55,659 nt of DNA from an uncultured Mycoplasmatota bacterium (GCA_946629885.1 CAMOYI010000038.1:1-55659), one strand, 5' to 3'; numbered from the stretch's first letter, positions 18,983 to 30,054 are shown. Numbers and translations: made by a program. The notes: generated from the letters alone by a model not told the origin.

Positions 18983-21256
18983 TTATTCTTTATTTTCTAT
19001 TTTAACGAGTACTTCCCTCGGCTTAGAACCATTTGCAGGCCCTACAATTCCTCTTTCTTCTAGTAGGTCAACAATTCTCGCAGCCCTATTATAACCAACT
19101 TTGAATCTCCTCTGCAGTAGACTTGCACTAACTTTTCCTGTTTGAATAGCAAATTCGACTATTTGATCATATAGAGGGTCGTCATATTCTTCTGTTGGAG
19201 AATTTTCACCTGCCATATGCGACTCAGGTATTTCTTCTAATGATTTATCGTATGATGCCACTTGCTGGTCACAGACAAACTTTATCAATCTCTCAATTTC
19301 ACCATCTGATATGAAATTTCCTTGTACTCTCGTAGGAGTATTTTCACCCATTGGTAAATAAAGCATATCACCTCGTCCTAAAAGCTTTTCGGCTCCGCTT
19401 GCTCCCATTATAGTCATAGAATCGACATATGATGCAACTGTAAAGGCAATACGCGATGGAATATTGGCCTTGATTACTCCTGTTATTACATTAGTAGATG
19501 GCCTTTGCGTTGCAACTATCAAGTGGATTCCAGCGGCACGCGCCATTTGAGTTATTCTCATTATAGAATCTTCTACATCTTTTTTAGCTACTACCATTAA
19601 ATCTGCCAACTCATCTATTATTACTACTAGGTAATACATCTTCTTTTCGATTTCACTGCCTGCTTTTTTGTTCTGTTCTTCGACCCATTCGTTATAGCTA
19701 GAAATATTTTTAACTCCAACTCTTTCGAATGCCTGATATCTATCCAGCATCATCGATACGACTTTTTGTAGCATTGCACTAGCTTTTTTAGGGTCTGTTA
19801 CAACTGGCCACAATAAGTGTGGAATGCCATTATAGTTGGATAGCTCTACTTTTTTAGGATCTACCATTGCTAATTTTACTTCATTCGGTTTTCTCGTCAT
19901 CAGTATGCTTGCAATCATGCTGTTAACACAGACTGATTTACCACTACCAGTTGCACCTGCTACTAAAAGGTGTGGTGTTTTGGCAATATCTATCCACTTT
20001 ATAGCTCCTGTTATATCTTTACCCAATGCAACTGGAATTTTAGCATTTACCGAATCTTTGTTTGGTCGAGACAATACTTCTCTAATTGGTACAGATGCAA
20101 CTTTCATATTCGGTATTTCGATACCAATCGTATCTTTACCAGGAATAGGCGCTTCAATTCTTACTTCTTTAGCAGATAGTGCAAGAGCAATTTCTTTATC
20201 TATACTTGTTATCCTACTTACTCTCGTTCCTGCATCAATTTTGACTTCAAATTGTGTGATCGCAGGTCCTTCATGAATTTCTACAACTCTTCCAGAAATT
20301 TGGAAATCTTTTAGTACTCTTTCGAGATTTGCCTTATTAGTCTGTAAGAATTCTGTAGTATTTACCTTTGCTTGTGGTTTCATTTTGTCCAATATATCGA
20401 TTGTAGGAAGCATATAAGGTTTGTCTTCTACTTCTTCCTGTGGTTCTACACTGTTGTTAGATGCCTGGTCACCATATATGTTTAAAGACATCTGTTCCTC
20501 TTTGTTACTTTCCTTAAATTCTGTCATATTGGAATAAACTTTCACGTTTTCTAAAGATTCTGTACAGATAGTATCTTCAATACTTCTCGAGCTTTTTTCA
20601 CTTTCAAGTTCTTTTCTTTTCTTTTCTTTCCTAATTTTTCTACCATCTTCTGTAATTTCTTCGTCGTCATCTTCATCATAATCAGGTATTTTAACTTTGT
20701 TAAATATCTTTTTAATAACCTGTATAATTTTCTTCAAGTTTATGTTGAATGTTAAAAATGCCCCTATTGCGGCAAGTACAATTATTACGATTTTTGTTCC
20801 TTCGAAGTCAAACATCTTTAAAAGGCCAATCGTAAATAATCCTCCTATAATGCCGCCTCCAGAATTGACAGTATAATTTAATCCTGAATCGAGGAAGTTG
20901 TTAATAGTTGCCTCTATTATTTCTTTTCCGTTTAATTTCTCTAGAATAGCATACTGCATGTGAGAATTTACTAGTAGCGCAATCAACATCAAATAGATTC
21001 CAATAAGCTTAATCGACCACAAGTTGATCTTTTTTCTCTTATACATCATAGCAATTCCTGTAAGTATAGAAAGAACTAGTACAACCATGTACCATACTCC
21101 CATTAAAAATACCGAAAAGCCTTTTATTATATTTCCAACAGGTCCAAAGGCACCTATTCCCATAATTCCAATTAGTATTAATAGTACTCCCCATAGTTCA
21201 GCACTATAAGATTCATTTTTCTTTGTAGAAGACTTGCTCGTCTTTTTCTTTGCCAT
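18983..21256 (-). CDS. ftsK: DNA translocase FtsK/SpoIIIE
   Basis: N-terminal TM helices and an acidic/basic linker. The motor domain has Walker A LLVAGATGSGKSV and Walker B VVIIDELADLM. A C-terminal gamma winged-helix domain is present (LYDQIVEFAIQTGKVSASLLQRRFKVGYNRAARIVDLLE). Start taken at MAKKKTSK (21256). Confidence 0.93.
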   Translation of the reverse strand: MAKKKTSKSSTKKNESYSAELWGVLLILIGIMGIGAFGPVGNIIKGFSVFLMGVWYMVVLVLSILTGIAMMYKRKKINLWSIKLIGIYLMLIALLVNSHMQYAILEKLNGKEIIEATINNFLDSGLNYTVNSGGGIIGGLFTIGLLKMFDFEGTKIVIIVLAAIGAFLTFNINLKKIIQVIKKIFNKVKIPDYDEDDDEEITEDGRKIRKEKKRKELESEKSSRSIEDTICTESLENVKVYSNMTEFKESNKEEQMSLNIYGDQASNNSVEPQEEVEDKPYMLPTIDILDKMKPQAKVNTTEFLQTNKANLERVLKDFQISGRVVEIHEGPAITQFEVKIDAGTRVSRITSIDKEIALALSAKEVRIEAPIPGKDTIGIEIPNMKVASVPIREVLSRPNKDSVNAKIPVALGKDITGAIKWIDIAKTPHLLVAGATGSGKSVCVNSMIASILMTRKPNEVKLAMVDPKKVELSNYNGIPHLLWPVVTDPKKASAMLQKVVSMMLDRYQAFERVGVKNISSYNEWVEEQNKKAGSEIEKKMYYLVVIIDELADLMVVAKKDVEDSIMRITQMARAAGIHLIVATQRPSTNVITGVIKANIPSRIAFTVASYVDSMTIMGASGAEKLLGRGDMLYLPMGENTPTRVQGNFISDGEIERLIKFVCDQQVASYDKSLEEIPESHMAGENSPTEEYDDPLYDQIVEFAIQTGKVSASLLQRRFKVGYNRAARIVDLLEERGIVGPANGSKPREVLVKIENKE

Positions 21257-21302
21257 ATGCTTCACCATAATAATTATATAATAAACCAAAATTTTAGTAA
21301 AG

Positions 21303-21322
21303 AAAAAAAGCCAATCGGCTTT
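21303..21322 (-). terminator. intrinsic terminator after khpA
   Basis: Minus strand reads AAAGCC-GATT-GGCTTT followed by TTTTTTT. Confidence 0.6.
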
Positions 21323-21570
21323 TATATAGAGTCAACATTTACCTTTACTTTGCTTATGTTTTGCTTATAAGCACATGCCTGAACTAAAGTACGTATCGCT
21401 TTAATTGTAGCACCAGATTTTCCTATTACAGTTCCAATATCGTCGCTATGTATAATGATGTCAAGTGTAATAGAACCATCTTCGTCTTGAAAATCTTGTA
21501 CTTTTACTATTTCAGGATTCTTAACAAGTCCTAACACTAATTTTTCTGTAAATTCTTTTACATTTTCCAT
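21322..21570 (-). CDS. khpA: KH-domain RNA-binding protein KhpA (YlqC)
   Basis: 82 aa. GTVIGKSGATIKAIRTLV is the GxxG KH motif. It lies immediately downstream of rpsP, as in B. subtilis. Confidence 0.85.
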   Translation of the reverse strand: MENVKEFTEKLVLGLVKNPEIVKVQDFQDEDGSITLDIIIHSDDIGTVIGKSGATIKAIRTLVQACAYKQNISKVKVNVDSI

Positions 21571-21572
21571 AA

Positions 21573-21848
21573 CTATTTTCCTTCTTTATTAGTGTTCTTG
21601 AATTTTGCCCAAGTTCCCTGTTGTTTTAGTAAACTTTTAACAGTATCAGTAGGTTCTGCACCATTGCTTAACCATTTTAGTGCTTTTTCTTCATCGATAA
21701 CAACATTATTTGTCTTTTCAATTGGATTATAAGTACCAACTGTTTCGATGAATCTACCATCTCTTGGACTTCTAGAGTCTGCTGCAACTATTCTATAAAA
21801 AGGTCTAGCCTTTGCTCCCATTCTCTTAAGTCTTAATTTAACTGCCAT
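21573..21848 (-). CDS. rpsP: 30S ribosomal protein S16
   Basis: Starts [35 protein letters not shown]. The ATG at 21848 is preceded by GGAGGG. The longer ORF-track start is spurious. Confidence 0.95.
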   Translation of the reverse strand: MAVKLRLKRMGAKARPFYRIVAADSRSPRDGRFIETVGTYNPIEKTNNVVIDEEKALKWLSNGAEPTDTVKSLLKQQGTWAKFKNTNKEGK

Positions 21849-21874
21849 ATATATTCCCTCCATTCGTCTTAACA

Positions 21875-21903
21875 ATAATACCACCTTAAAAGAAATAAGT
21901 CAA
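21875..21903 (-). promoter_or_regulatory. sigma-A-like promoter for rpsP-khpA
   Basis: Minus strand reads TTGACT, 17 nt, TATTAT. The -35 element lies inside the 3' arm of the upstream terminator hairpin. Confidence 0.5.
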
Positions 21904-21920
21904 CCTTATTTGGTTGACTT
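21888..21920 (-). terminator. intrinsic terminator after the cadherin-like surface protein gene
   Basis: 9-bp stem AAGTCAACC-AAATAA-GGTTGACTT followed by ATTTCTTTT on the minus strand. Confidence 0.65.
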
Positions 21921-23256
21921 ACATATCTTTAAAGTTAAATTCCTTTGTCTTATCTAGATCCTCTTCATTTACATTTTGGATTACTTGCTTAAAAGATTCA
22001 CTATTGTATGTTTCTGTTTTATCTCCATCATATAAACCTTGCTTATTATCTTCATCTACACTAGGTTCTAAAACATTTTTTTGATCATTTATACTCGGTT
22101 CAGTACTCTTATCTTTCTTTTTCTTCCTAAATAGTAAAAATGCTACACCTGCTACTATTGCCAAAATAGCTAAAATTATTACTATTAATAGGCCTTTACT
22201 TTTCTTTTTTTCTTTTTCAACTGGAGCAACAACTTTTGTTGTAGTAGTTTCTTCTTCGACAGTAACTAATATTTCATAAGTTTGATTTTTTTCATTATCG
22301 CTAGAAGTAACTTTTATAGTTATTTTATTTTCTCCTGTTACAAACTTTTCATTGCCTTCAATCGAAATATTGGCAAGTGGATCTTCTAGTTCATAAACTA
22401 AGTCGAGACTCTCTGTACCAGCGGGTGCTAATACAGTATATTTATCATTTTTAGAATCAAATTCCGGACTCAACTTGGCATCCATTGTATTGATTTTTAA
22501 CGACTTAATAAATGCACTTGGTTCAGTTAATTTTCCTCTTGTTATTGTGACATTATAAGTCTTTTTAGTTACACCATCTTCAGCGGTTACTTCTATTGAA
22601 AAGAAATTATCACCCATATTTAAGTTTTTACTTCCAGTACCTGTTCTAGTTGCACCAGGTGCTGAAGAAGCACTAAGCCTAATAATACTTATAGTATCAG
22701 GTACTGTTACCTTGTATTCAGTAATATCCTTATTAAATGCAGGGCTCAATGTACCTTGACTAACTGTCAATTCTGTAAGCGTTGCATCGGTAGATTTTGG
22801 ACGTTCATACTTAACCGTGCCGCTTGTCGCTGATCCGTCGATAACTTCTATATTTTCACTATTTTCATCGATTTCTGAATAGAACTTTATATTTGTCGGT
22901 GTAATTGTAAATGGATCTGCCAATTGCTCTTTTGTGCTGTAATTGATAGTTCCTATTATTCCCTCTTTAAAGCCATCTGCGCTTTTGAATGTATATACAC
23001 CATTCTCACTAGAAAAACTTTGTCCAGCGTTTGGAACGACACCATCTATAGAAGCATACGCTGTACCAGACAAGCTAAGTTCAAATTTTACCATCTTATA
23101 CTTTGATAAATCTGCATCCTTTAATTCTAATGATAAACTTCTATTTCTAGCGCCTGCAGTAGTCGTATCATTTCCAACATATACAGTTGCAGCATTAACG
23201 CGATTCATCACCATCATGCAAATAATAAAAACAAATAATTTTATACTTTTTTTCAT
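21919..23256 (-). CDS. cell-surface protein with cadherin-like beta-sandwich repeats and a C-terminal TM anchor
   Basis: Signal peptide (FVFIICMMVMNRVNA), then DATLTELTVSQGTLSPAFNKDITEYKVTVP and LKINTMDAKLSPEFDSKNDKYTVLAP, the hallmark of cadherin-like beta-sandwich domains. This is followed by a TM helix (LLIVIILAILAIVAGVAFLLF) and a charged tail. Confidence 0.65.
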   Translation of the reverse strand: MKKSIKLFVFIICMMVMNRVNAATVYVGNDTTTAGARNRSLSLELKDADLSKYKMVKFELSLSGTAYASIDGVVPNAGQSFSSENGVYTFKSADGFKEGIIGTINYSTKEQLADPFTITPTNIKFYSEIDENSENIEVIDGSATSGTVKYERPKSTDATLTELTVSQGTLSPAFNKDITEYKVTVPDTISIIRLSASSAPGATRTGTGSKNLNMGDNFFSIEVTAEDGVTKKTYNVTITRGKLTEPSAFIKSLKINTMDAKLSPEFDSKNDKYTVLAPAGTESLDLVYELEDPLANISIEGNEKFVTGENKITIKVTSSDNEKNQTYEILVTVEEETTTTKVVAPVEKEKKKSKGLLIVIILAILAIVAGVAFLLFRKKKKDKSTEPSINDQKNVLEPSVDEDNKQGLYDGDKTETYNSESFKQVIQNVNEEDLDKTKEFNFKDM

Positions 23257-23267
23257 AAAATCTCCCT

Positions 23268-24350
23268 TTATATCAATTTTAATAATATTTCATTCATTAC
23301 ATAGATATGCTTTGGATTAATTCTTATATATCCATCTTCATATAATAGTTCTTTATTTTTAATAAGTGGTTTAATAGGAAATGCATCTTGCATATTGATA
23401 CCATATTTATTAAAAAATTCTTGTAAGTTAATTCCCTTTATTTTTCTCAATCCAAGCATTACTTCATTTTCCATCGTCTCACTTTTACTTATAAGACTTT
23501 CCTCTAATTTATAATTCCCATTTATGTATTCTGTAACGCTGTGAGTGTTTTCATATCTAAATCCATTTATATATCCAGAAGCTCCCGCGCCAAAACCATA
23601 GTATTCTTCGTTATTCCAATATACCAAGTTATGCTTCGATTCATAACCATTTTTAGCAAAGTTGCTAATTTCATAATGTATATAACCCTTTTTCTTTAAT
23701 TTTTTTCTAATGTAATCGTACATCTTAATTTCTATCTCAGGATCGATGTTTTCATCCTTCCTTACTTTACACATAGTATGATCTTCTATGATGAGTGAAT
23801 AGGTACTTATGTGTTCCGGATTTAACTTTATAAATTTTTTTAAATCTTTTTTCAATTCTCGATAAGTTTCATCTGGTATTCCATACATCAAATCTAAATT
23901 AATATTGTTAAAACCATGAACCCTTGAAAGTGCCAATTTTGATTCGACATCTTTAAATGAAGAAGATCTATTCATAAATTTCAATTTTTTTTCGTTAAAC
24001 GATTCTATACCGATGCTCAACCTATTTACTTTCATATCTCTCAATTTCTCGAGCAATTCTGCGGTGATATCCTCTATGTTGCATTCAAATGTAAATTCAT
24101 AATCATCAGATAAATTGAATTTTTTTACTATCTTAGCAAGGCTTTCTAAACCGGCACTACTAAGACTAGATGGAGTCCCTCCACCTATATATAGTGTATT
24201 TATTTCTTCTTTCCCATATGCATCATCTATTTCTAAAGCAAGACTATTCATATATGGCTCTATTAACTCTTCTCTATAAAGAATTTTTGTGAAATCACAA
24301 TATGAACATATGGATTTGCAGAAAGGTATGTGTATGTATACACTGGACAT
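23268..24350 (-). CDS. hemW: radical SAM heme chaperone HemW (HemN-like)
   Basis: Starts MSSVYIHIPFCKSICSYCDF (CxxxCxxC radical SAM motif) and has GGGTPS. It is downstream of lepA, as in Bacillus. Confidence 0.88.
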   Translation of the reverse strand: MSSVYIHIPFCKSICSYCDFTKILYREELIEPYMNSLALEIDDAYGKEEINTLYIGGGTPSSLSSAGLESLAKIVKKFNLSDDYEFTFECNIEDITAELLEKLRDMKVNRLSIGIESFNEKKLKFMNRSSSFKDVESKLALSRVHGFNNINLDLMYGIPDETYRELKKDLKKFIKLNPEHISTYSLIIEDHTMCKVRKDENIDPEIEIKMYDYIRKKLKKKGYIHYEISNFAKNGYESKHNLVYWNNEEYYGFGAGASGYINGFRYENTHSVTEYINGNYKLEESLISKSETMENEVMLGLRKIKGINLQEFFNKYGINMQDAFPIKPLIKNKELLYEDGYIRINPKHIYVMNEILLKLI

Positions 24351-24458
24351 ATCCTCACCCTCTTACTGAGACGATTATATCAAAAACTAATTATTTATTC
24401 AAGTTATACTATTCTCGAAACTCAAACTATAATAATCACTAAAATATTTAAATAGTAA

Positions 24459-24481
24459 GAAAAAAGAGTATGCTGTTACTC
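24459..24481 (-). terminator. weak intrinsic terminator after the lipoprotein gene
   Basis: GAGTA-ACAGCA-TACTC followed by TTTTTT on the minus strand. The stem is only 5 bp. Confidence 0.35.
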
Positions 24482-25147
24482 CATATTATTTTTAAAAGTT
24501 TTAGAAATTTTATCCGCTAGTGCTATGATATCTGTATGTGCTTCTTCACTTAACGGATCATCAATAACGATAATATATATCGGATAACCTTGTATAATAG
24601 TGCAATAAAGAGCAAAATCAACTTCATCATATTTGAGTTTATATTCTTCAGATAATTTTATTTTTCCAATTATTCTATTCATTTCCCAATTATTTACATT
24701 AACAATTTTAGAACTTTCTATAGCAAATGTATATTCACTAGCGGAAATTAAACGTGTTTTAGCATTTTCTAAAATTTGTGTTTTCATTTGATCAAACACA
24801 TCTTCAATTTTGTTAATTTTATCGATATCTACGTTATATATCAATTTAGAAGCAGGATCAACATAACTATCGTAAATTATGGAATATGTTTTTTCTGCTA
24901 TTAAAAAACCAGATGCAGCTCTATGTACATTTCCGTGTGGTACATCAATACTATACTTAACATAAGGTAATGATATATTAACTGTGCTTTGAAGCTCAGG
25001 AAATACTTTTTCTGACTTTATATCTTTTTCATGATTATCATTATCTTTAATAGCGGTAGGATTAGATTTAACTTCCTTTTTTGCGGTACATGCTATAAGA
25101 CTAAATGCTGTAAGTAAAACTATTATAATCATTAATACCTTTCTCAT
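24476..25147 (-). CDS. hypothetical lipoprotein
   Basis: Signal peptide with lipobox (LLTAFSLIAC). No recognised domain. Confidence 0.65.
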   Translation of the reverse strand: MRKVLMIIIVLLTAFSLIACTAKKEVKSNPTAIKDNDNHEKDIKSEKVFPELQSTVNISLPYVKYSIDVPHGNVHRAASGFLIAEKTYSIIYDSYVDPASKLIYNVDIDKINKIEDVFDQMKTQILENAKTRLISASEYTFAIESSKIVNVNNWEMNRIIGKIKLSEEYKLKYDEVDFALYCTIIQGYPIYIIVIDDPLSEEAHTDIIALADKISKTFKNNME

Positions 25148-25223
25148 CTTATTTCACTTTCCATTTCTATAATTAACGATATTATACCACAAGAAAATAA
25201 CGATTACAATAGATTCGTTGAAG

Positions 25224-27020
25224 CTATTTATCACTTTTTAGAATACTTAGGAATGCTTCACTAGGTAACTCTACTCTACCGATGGTTTTCATTCTCTTTT
25301 TTCCTTCTTTTTGTTTTTCTAGAAGTTTCCTTTTTCTTGAGACATCTCCGCCATAACACTTAGCTAAAACATTCTTTTTCATAGCGCTGATATTTTCTCT
25401 TGCAATTACTTTAGATCCGATAGAGGCTTGAATTGGCACTTGGAATAACTGTCTAGGTATTACCTTTTTTAAATTCTCGACGATAGTTTTTCCCCTATCA
25501 TATGCAAAATCTTTGTGAACTATTACTGCTAATGCGTCGACGATTTCGCCATTTAAAAGTATATCCATCTTTACTAGATTACTTTCCCTATATCCATGAA
25601 ATTCATAATCGAATGATGCATATCCCTTCGTCGTACTTTTGAGTTTATCGAAGAAATCGTAGACTATTTCAGATAATGGCAAATAGTAGTGTATATTTAC
25701 TCTACTAGAATCGATATATTCAGTATTTTCAAATATACCTCTTTTATCTTGACAGAGATTCATAATCGCTCCGATATAATCATTTGGAACTAAAATGTTC
25801 GTCTTGATAAATGGTTCCTCTATGCTCTTGATATAGGTTCTATCTGGCATTTTATTTGGGCTATCTACTAAAATAGTTTCACCATTGGTCATATTAACTC
25901 TATAAATTACACTTGGGCTAGTTGCAATTATATCTATTCCAAATTCTCTTCTAATTCTTTCCTCTATTACGTCCATGTGAAGTAGTCCTAAAAAGCCACA
26001 ACGGAAACCAAATCCTAGCGCTGCACTATTTTCAGGTTCTATACTTAAGGCAGCATCGTTAAGTTTTAGCTTTTCTAATGCTTCTTTTAATGCTTCATAT
26101 TTATTCGGCTCTATTGGAAATAAACCGGAATAAACCATAGGCTTCATAGGTTTATAACCATCCAGCTGTACTTGAGATGGATTTCTTACGACTGTTATAG
26201 TGTCTCCAACTTTAACAGATTCTATGTCTTTTATCGCTGCAGCGATAAAACCGACTTCACCACTTACTAGTTCATCTTTATTGACCATTTTAGGAGTATT
26301 AACAAATGTTTCTACTACTTCATATTCTTCGCCTGTAGCCAAGAATCTAATTTTATCCTTAACCTTGATTGAACCATCGACTACTTTTACTGATACAATT
26401 ACACCCCTATAAGCATCATATATTGAATCAAATATTAAAGCTCTAGTTGGAGCGTTATTGTTTATCTTAGGAGCAGGCGTTCTATCTATGATTGCTTTGA
26501 TTAATTCTTCCACTCCGACACCAGTTTTACCACTACATAAAAGGATTTCATCTTCTTTAAAGCCTAATACACTCATTAATTCACTTTTTACTTTTGGAAT
26601 ATCCGCATTTGGTAAATCGATCTTATTGATAACCGGTATTATCGTTAAATCATTTTCCAGTGCTAGATACAAGTTTGCAAGCGTCTGCGCTTCTATACCT
26701 TGAGCGGCATCGACTACTAATACAGCTGCCTCACATGCTGCAAGAGAACGAGATACCTCATAAGTAAAGTCGACATGACCTGGTGTATCTATCAAATGTA
26801 ATACATATTCTTCCCCATTATAATTATATTTGAGTTCGACCGCATTGAGTTTAATAGTTATACCACGTTCACGTTCTATATCCATGCTATCTAACATTTG
26901 ACTTTTTAACTCACGTTTATCGACTGCACCTGTAATCTCTAGTATTCTATCTGCCAAAGTCGATTTTCCGTGATCAATATGTGCTATTATAGAAAAATTT
27001 CTAATATTTTCTTGCTTCAT
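25224..27020 (-). CDS. lepA: translation elongation factor 4 (LepA)
   Basis: [29 protein letters not shown] and NKIDL G-motifs plus the LepA C-terminal domain. The ATG at 27020 is 5 nt after GGTGA. The ORF-track start at 27029 is the GTG inside that RBS. Confidence 0.96.
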   Translation of the reverse strand: MKQENIRNFSIIAHIDHGKSTLADRILEITGAVDKRELKSQMLDSMDIERERGITIKLNAVELKYNYNGEEYVLHLIDTPGHVDFTYEVSRSLAACEAAVLVVDAAQGIEAQTLANLYLALENDLTIIPVINKIDLPNADIPKVKSELMSVLGFKEDEILLCSGKTGVGVEELIKAIIDRTPAPKINNNAPTRALIFDSIYDAYRGVIVSVKVVDGSIKVKDKIRFLATGEEYEVVETFVNTPKMVNKDELVSGEVGFIAAAIKDIESVKVGDTITVVRNPSQVQLDGYKPMKPMVYSGLFPIEPNKYEALKEALEKLKLNDAALSIEPENSAALGFGFRCGFLGLLHMDVIEERIRREFGIDIIATSPSVIYRVNMTNGETILVDSPNKMPDRTYIKSIEEPFIKTNILVPNDYIGAIMNLCQDKRGIFENTEYIDSSRVNIHYYLPLSEIVYDFFDKLKSTTKGYASFDYEFHGYRESNLVKMDILLNGEIVDALAVIVHKDFAYDRGKTIVENLKKVIPRQLFQVPIQASIGSKVIARENISAMKKNVLAKCYGGDVSRKRKLLEKQKEGKKRMKTIGRVELPSEAFLSILKSDK

Positions 27021-27037
27021 GAAATTCACCTATACAC

Positions 27038-27066
27038 ATTTTAGCAGATTTGTAGAATAAAGGCAA
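27038..27066 (-). promoter_or_regulatory. sigma-A-like promoter for lepA
   Basis: Minus strand reads TTGCCT, 17 nt, TAAAAT. It lies directly after the cassette terminator. Confidence 0.45.
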
Positions 27067-27091
27067 AAAAATATACCGTTCGGCGGTATAT
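27064..27091 (-). terminator. intrinsic terminator closing the three-gene cassette
   Basis: Minus strand reads ATATACCG-CCGAA-CGGTATAT (8-bp perfect stem) followed by TTTTTTT. Confidence 0.75.
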
Positions 27092-27132
27092 TTTGTGAAT
27101 CAACATATATAATGCAAATATTAAAAAGCTTG

Positions 27133-28539
27133 CTAATAAATATCATATGGTATAATACGATACTTTCTAAATAGTGACCCTACATTCGATGGCTTAAACT
27201 GTAATATTTTTGGGCTATCAACTGGATTATCATATTCTTTAACTACGCTCATTTCATTTAGATATGCATCTATCAAGTGCACTATATTTACTGTAAATAT
27301 GTAAGCTTGTCTATCATTATCCAGCTCAACTCTAGTAGCCAATCCAGTTAAAAACGCCAATATATAGTCTATGGTGATATCATTTTTATTTTCCGTGTCG
27401 ATACAAATTTCTATCTCCATATTTTCTTGATAAAAAAATCTATCCTCCAATAAAATGTTATGCAAAAATTTGTCTATTTCCTCATCTGTGCCATTTTCTA
27501 ATTTAAATTCTATTCTGTGTCTAGCGATAAAATTACGAATAAACTCTATTATTCTGTCTTTAATCATCTGCATTTCATCGTGTATTAGGGTTGTATTTGT
27601 TAGTCCATTGCTTCGTTTTATTGCCTTACACCGCGCTTTAAATAGACATCTACTATTCTCTAAAACACGGTTAATATACTCTGCTTGTTCACTTGTAATC
27701 AAAAAACCATTTGTACTCCACTCAATTGTTGATTTGCTAATATCTTTGTAGTTGTTCGGATAAGGATATGGCAAGTGGAGTTCATACGATAAGTCCGATA
27801 ATTTGTTGAATACTTTCCACCATATGTTATGTAAGCTTTCTTCCTGTTCATTAAAACCTAACGAGCTATAAATTTTAAACATATCTTGGAAAGTGATTGA
27901 ATGCCAACACTTTTCAGCTAAAATTCTTTTTAACAACTCTTCTGCAACTTCCTTTGCCATATAGGATCTTTCACTTTCAACTGAACTATTAGCATATTTT
28001 GTATAGTGAAAATCCTCTATTAGTTGCATTAATTCATCATGTTTTCGTATTTTAGATGGTAATAAATCTTTTTCCCCCTGTATAACTATACTATCAGTTG
28101 AAATATATAAGACTCTCTTATCCCATAACATTTCATAAAATTTAATAAACGCTTCAACATATATAACTGCGTACGAAGCGTTGTAAGATTTTTTTCGGTA
28201 ATTTTCACCATGTGTTCGTCTCATGTAATCTTCCATTTTTTCATAAAGTATGAGCCCATCAAAAAGATTTAAAAAGGAAATAAGTATTTTTTGGAGAAAT
28301 TCAATATCATCAGCAAATGGAAGGTTATTTTTTTTAGCAAAACTATAAAATGATGAAAATAGTATATGAGTAAATTTATTATTGTTTGAATATTGATTAT
28401 CAATTGAACTGTTAGTCACACTTTTTATTCTATCTAATAGGGTTCCACAAAAAATATCTGGAAAAACCTCATCCATAAAATTATTTAAAAGGTTAGTTAC
28501 TTGAGCTTGATAGTCCATGGATTCTAATTTTTTTGTCAC
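27133..28539 (-). CDS. hypothetical protein C of the cassette (about 468 aa), paralog of protein B
   Basis: Long ORF. The GTG at 28539 is preferred because GAGGGA lies 7 nt upstream. The ORF-track TTG at 28554 overlaps that RBS. No TM segment, signal peptide, Walker motif or nuclease motif recognised. It shares motifs with the adjacent 28621-30054 product. Confidence 0.7.
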   Translation of the reverse strand: MTKKLESMDYQAQVTNLLNNFMDEVFPDIFCGTLLDRIKSVTNSSIDNQYSNNNKFTHILFSSFYSFAKKNNLPFADDIEFLQKILISFLNLFDGLILYEKMEDYMRRTHGENYRKKSYNASYAVIYVEAFIKFYEMLWDKRVLYISTDSIVIQGEKDLLPSKIRKHDELMQLIEDFHYTKYANSSVESERSYMAKEVAEELLKRILAEKCWHSITFQDMFKIYSSLGFNEQEESLHNIWWKVFNKLSDLSYELHLPYPYPNNYKDISKSTIEWSTNGFLITSEQAEYINRVLENSRCLFKARCKAIKRSNGLTNTTLIHDEMQMIKDRIIEFIRNFIARHRIEFKLENGTDEEIDKFLHNILLEDRFFYQENMEIEICIDTENKNDITIDYILAFLTGLATRVELDNDRQAYIFTVNIVHLIDAYLNEMSVVKEYDNPVDSPKILQFKPSNVGSLFRKYRIIPYDIY

Positions 28540-28620
28540 AAATGATTCCCTCAATTCGTATTTATCTACTATATATCTTTATCCGTCAGATGTAAATAAT
28601 ATTTTTCCCCATAAGTGTTA

Positions 28621-30054
28621 TCAACTTCTCAATCTATATTTCATTATTAGTGATTCTTTATCTTTACCATTTAATTGTAACCCAATTTTTCCATCTATCC
28701 CTGACTTTTCTCCATTCTGCTCTAGAATCAAGTCAGTAGTAGATTTAATCGCATCTAATTCACTATCTATTGCAAATGCAAGATCGACTAGGCTACAAGT
28801 ATAAGTGGTTGTTTTGTCATTAGCACTGGTTTCCGTACGTGGGACAGTTTTCATAAATTCCATTAAGTAACTATTGGATATATCTTCATTTTGTAAAATA
28901 GATACTGTAATTTTCTTTTGCAATGCATATGGATACCTACTTAGACCTTTTTTAGTTATAATACTCATAACGTCTCTTATATTTTGTGGGTATTCTTTTA
29001 ATTCAATATTTAATAATTCTACTAGCGCATCAATTAATCTCGCTAGAAGTTTATTAATCTCTCTTAATGGAATAGAAGCATCTGAGGGATTCTCTTCGAT
29101 TAAAGTTTTTCTAATAACACCTAGATTATCATAAGCTTTAAGTTTTTTTTGTGTTTCAATTAAAATATCGGTAAATACATAGCACGTTGACCCGCCAATA
29201 TGATAAATAGCTTCTTCACTTTGACCATTTCTCTGTTCAATAGGTACGCCTAAATATTTTATAGATAAGTCAGTTAAACATGTTCCTATCATCCACTTCA
29301 TATCTTGCACCCAAACTTCAAACAAATTCCTTCCTAAAGGTGGTACTTCATGTGATAGTTCACATTTTCTTTTGGCAATTTCTACCCACTTTTCATAAGG
29401 TATGATTCTTTCTTTCATCACATAGCGATATAGATTGTTCTTTGTAACTTTCCTATCTATTAAAGTACATGATTTATGTTCATCTAGATTTGGAGATAGA
29501 AAAATCTCAGATTGATTAATTGCTTCTTCTATAGTGTCTTCAAAAATACTATGGGCAATCCTTCTCGCTTCAGCTTGTTGCGAATAATATAGCGAGTATG
29601 CAGATTTTCTAATCTTTATATAATCTTCGTATAACGATAATAAATTATCGTGAATGTTTATCTGCGCGACGCTCAAATTATCTTTTTTTTCGCCTACAAT
29701 AAAACTACTATCAGAATCTAAATATACTTCCTTATCCCATACTGAAAAATAAAATATTAATATGCCATCTAAATCAAGAATTTCGATTTCATTTTTTGTG
29801 GGACTATAACGACAAGCATCCTTAAAAGAATTTATAAAGTTGCTAAGTGAGGTTCCCGATTCAAGTGTTATTATCTTATCTCTTAAAAATCTTTTTTTTA
29901 GTACGGAATAGTCTCCTTCAAACAATCCCTTAATCGAAGACTCGCCAATTGTTTTGATTTTATATCTTAATTCATCATCAAGCTGAAAAGCTACTACACT
30001 CAAAAATTCTTCAATATCTCGACTACAACATTTAGTATTATTCTTTAATTGCAT
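28621..30054 (-). CDS. hypothetical protein B of the cassette (about 477 aa), paralog of protein C
   Basis: Long ORF. The ATG at 30054 is 6 nt after GAGGA, whereas the ATG at 30060 abuts it. No known domain recognised. Confidence 0.7.
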   Translation of the reverse strand: MQLKNNTKCCSRDIEEFLSVVAFQLDDELRYKIKTIGESSIKGLFEGDYSVLKKRFLRDKIITLESGTSLSNFINSFKDACRYSPTKNEIEILDLDGILIFYFSVWDKEVYLDSDSSFIVGEKKDNLSVAQINIHDNLLSLYEDYIKIRKSAYSLYYSQQAEARRIAHSIFEDTIEEAINQSEIFLSPNLDEHKSCTLIDRKVTKNNLYRYVMKERIIPYEKWVEIAKRKCELSHEVPPLGRNLFEVWVQDMKWMIGTCLTDLSIKYLGVPIEQRNGQSEEAIYHIGGSTCYVFTDILIETQKKLKAYDNLGVIRKTLIEENPSDASIPLREINKLLARLIDALVELLNIELKEYPQNIRDVMSIITKKGLSRYPYALQKKITVSILQNEDISNSYLMEFMKTVPRTETSANDKTTTYTCSLVDLAFAIDSELDAIKSTTDLILEQNGEKSGIDGKIGLQLNGKDKESLIMKYRLRS

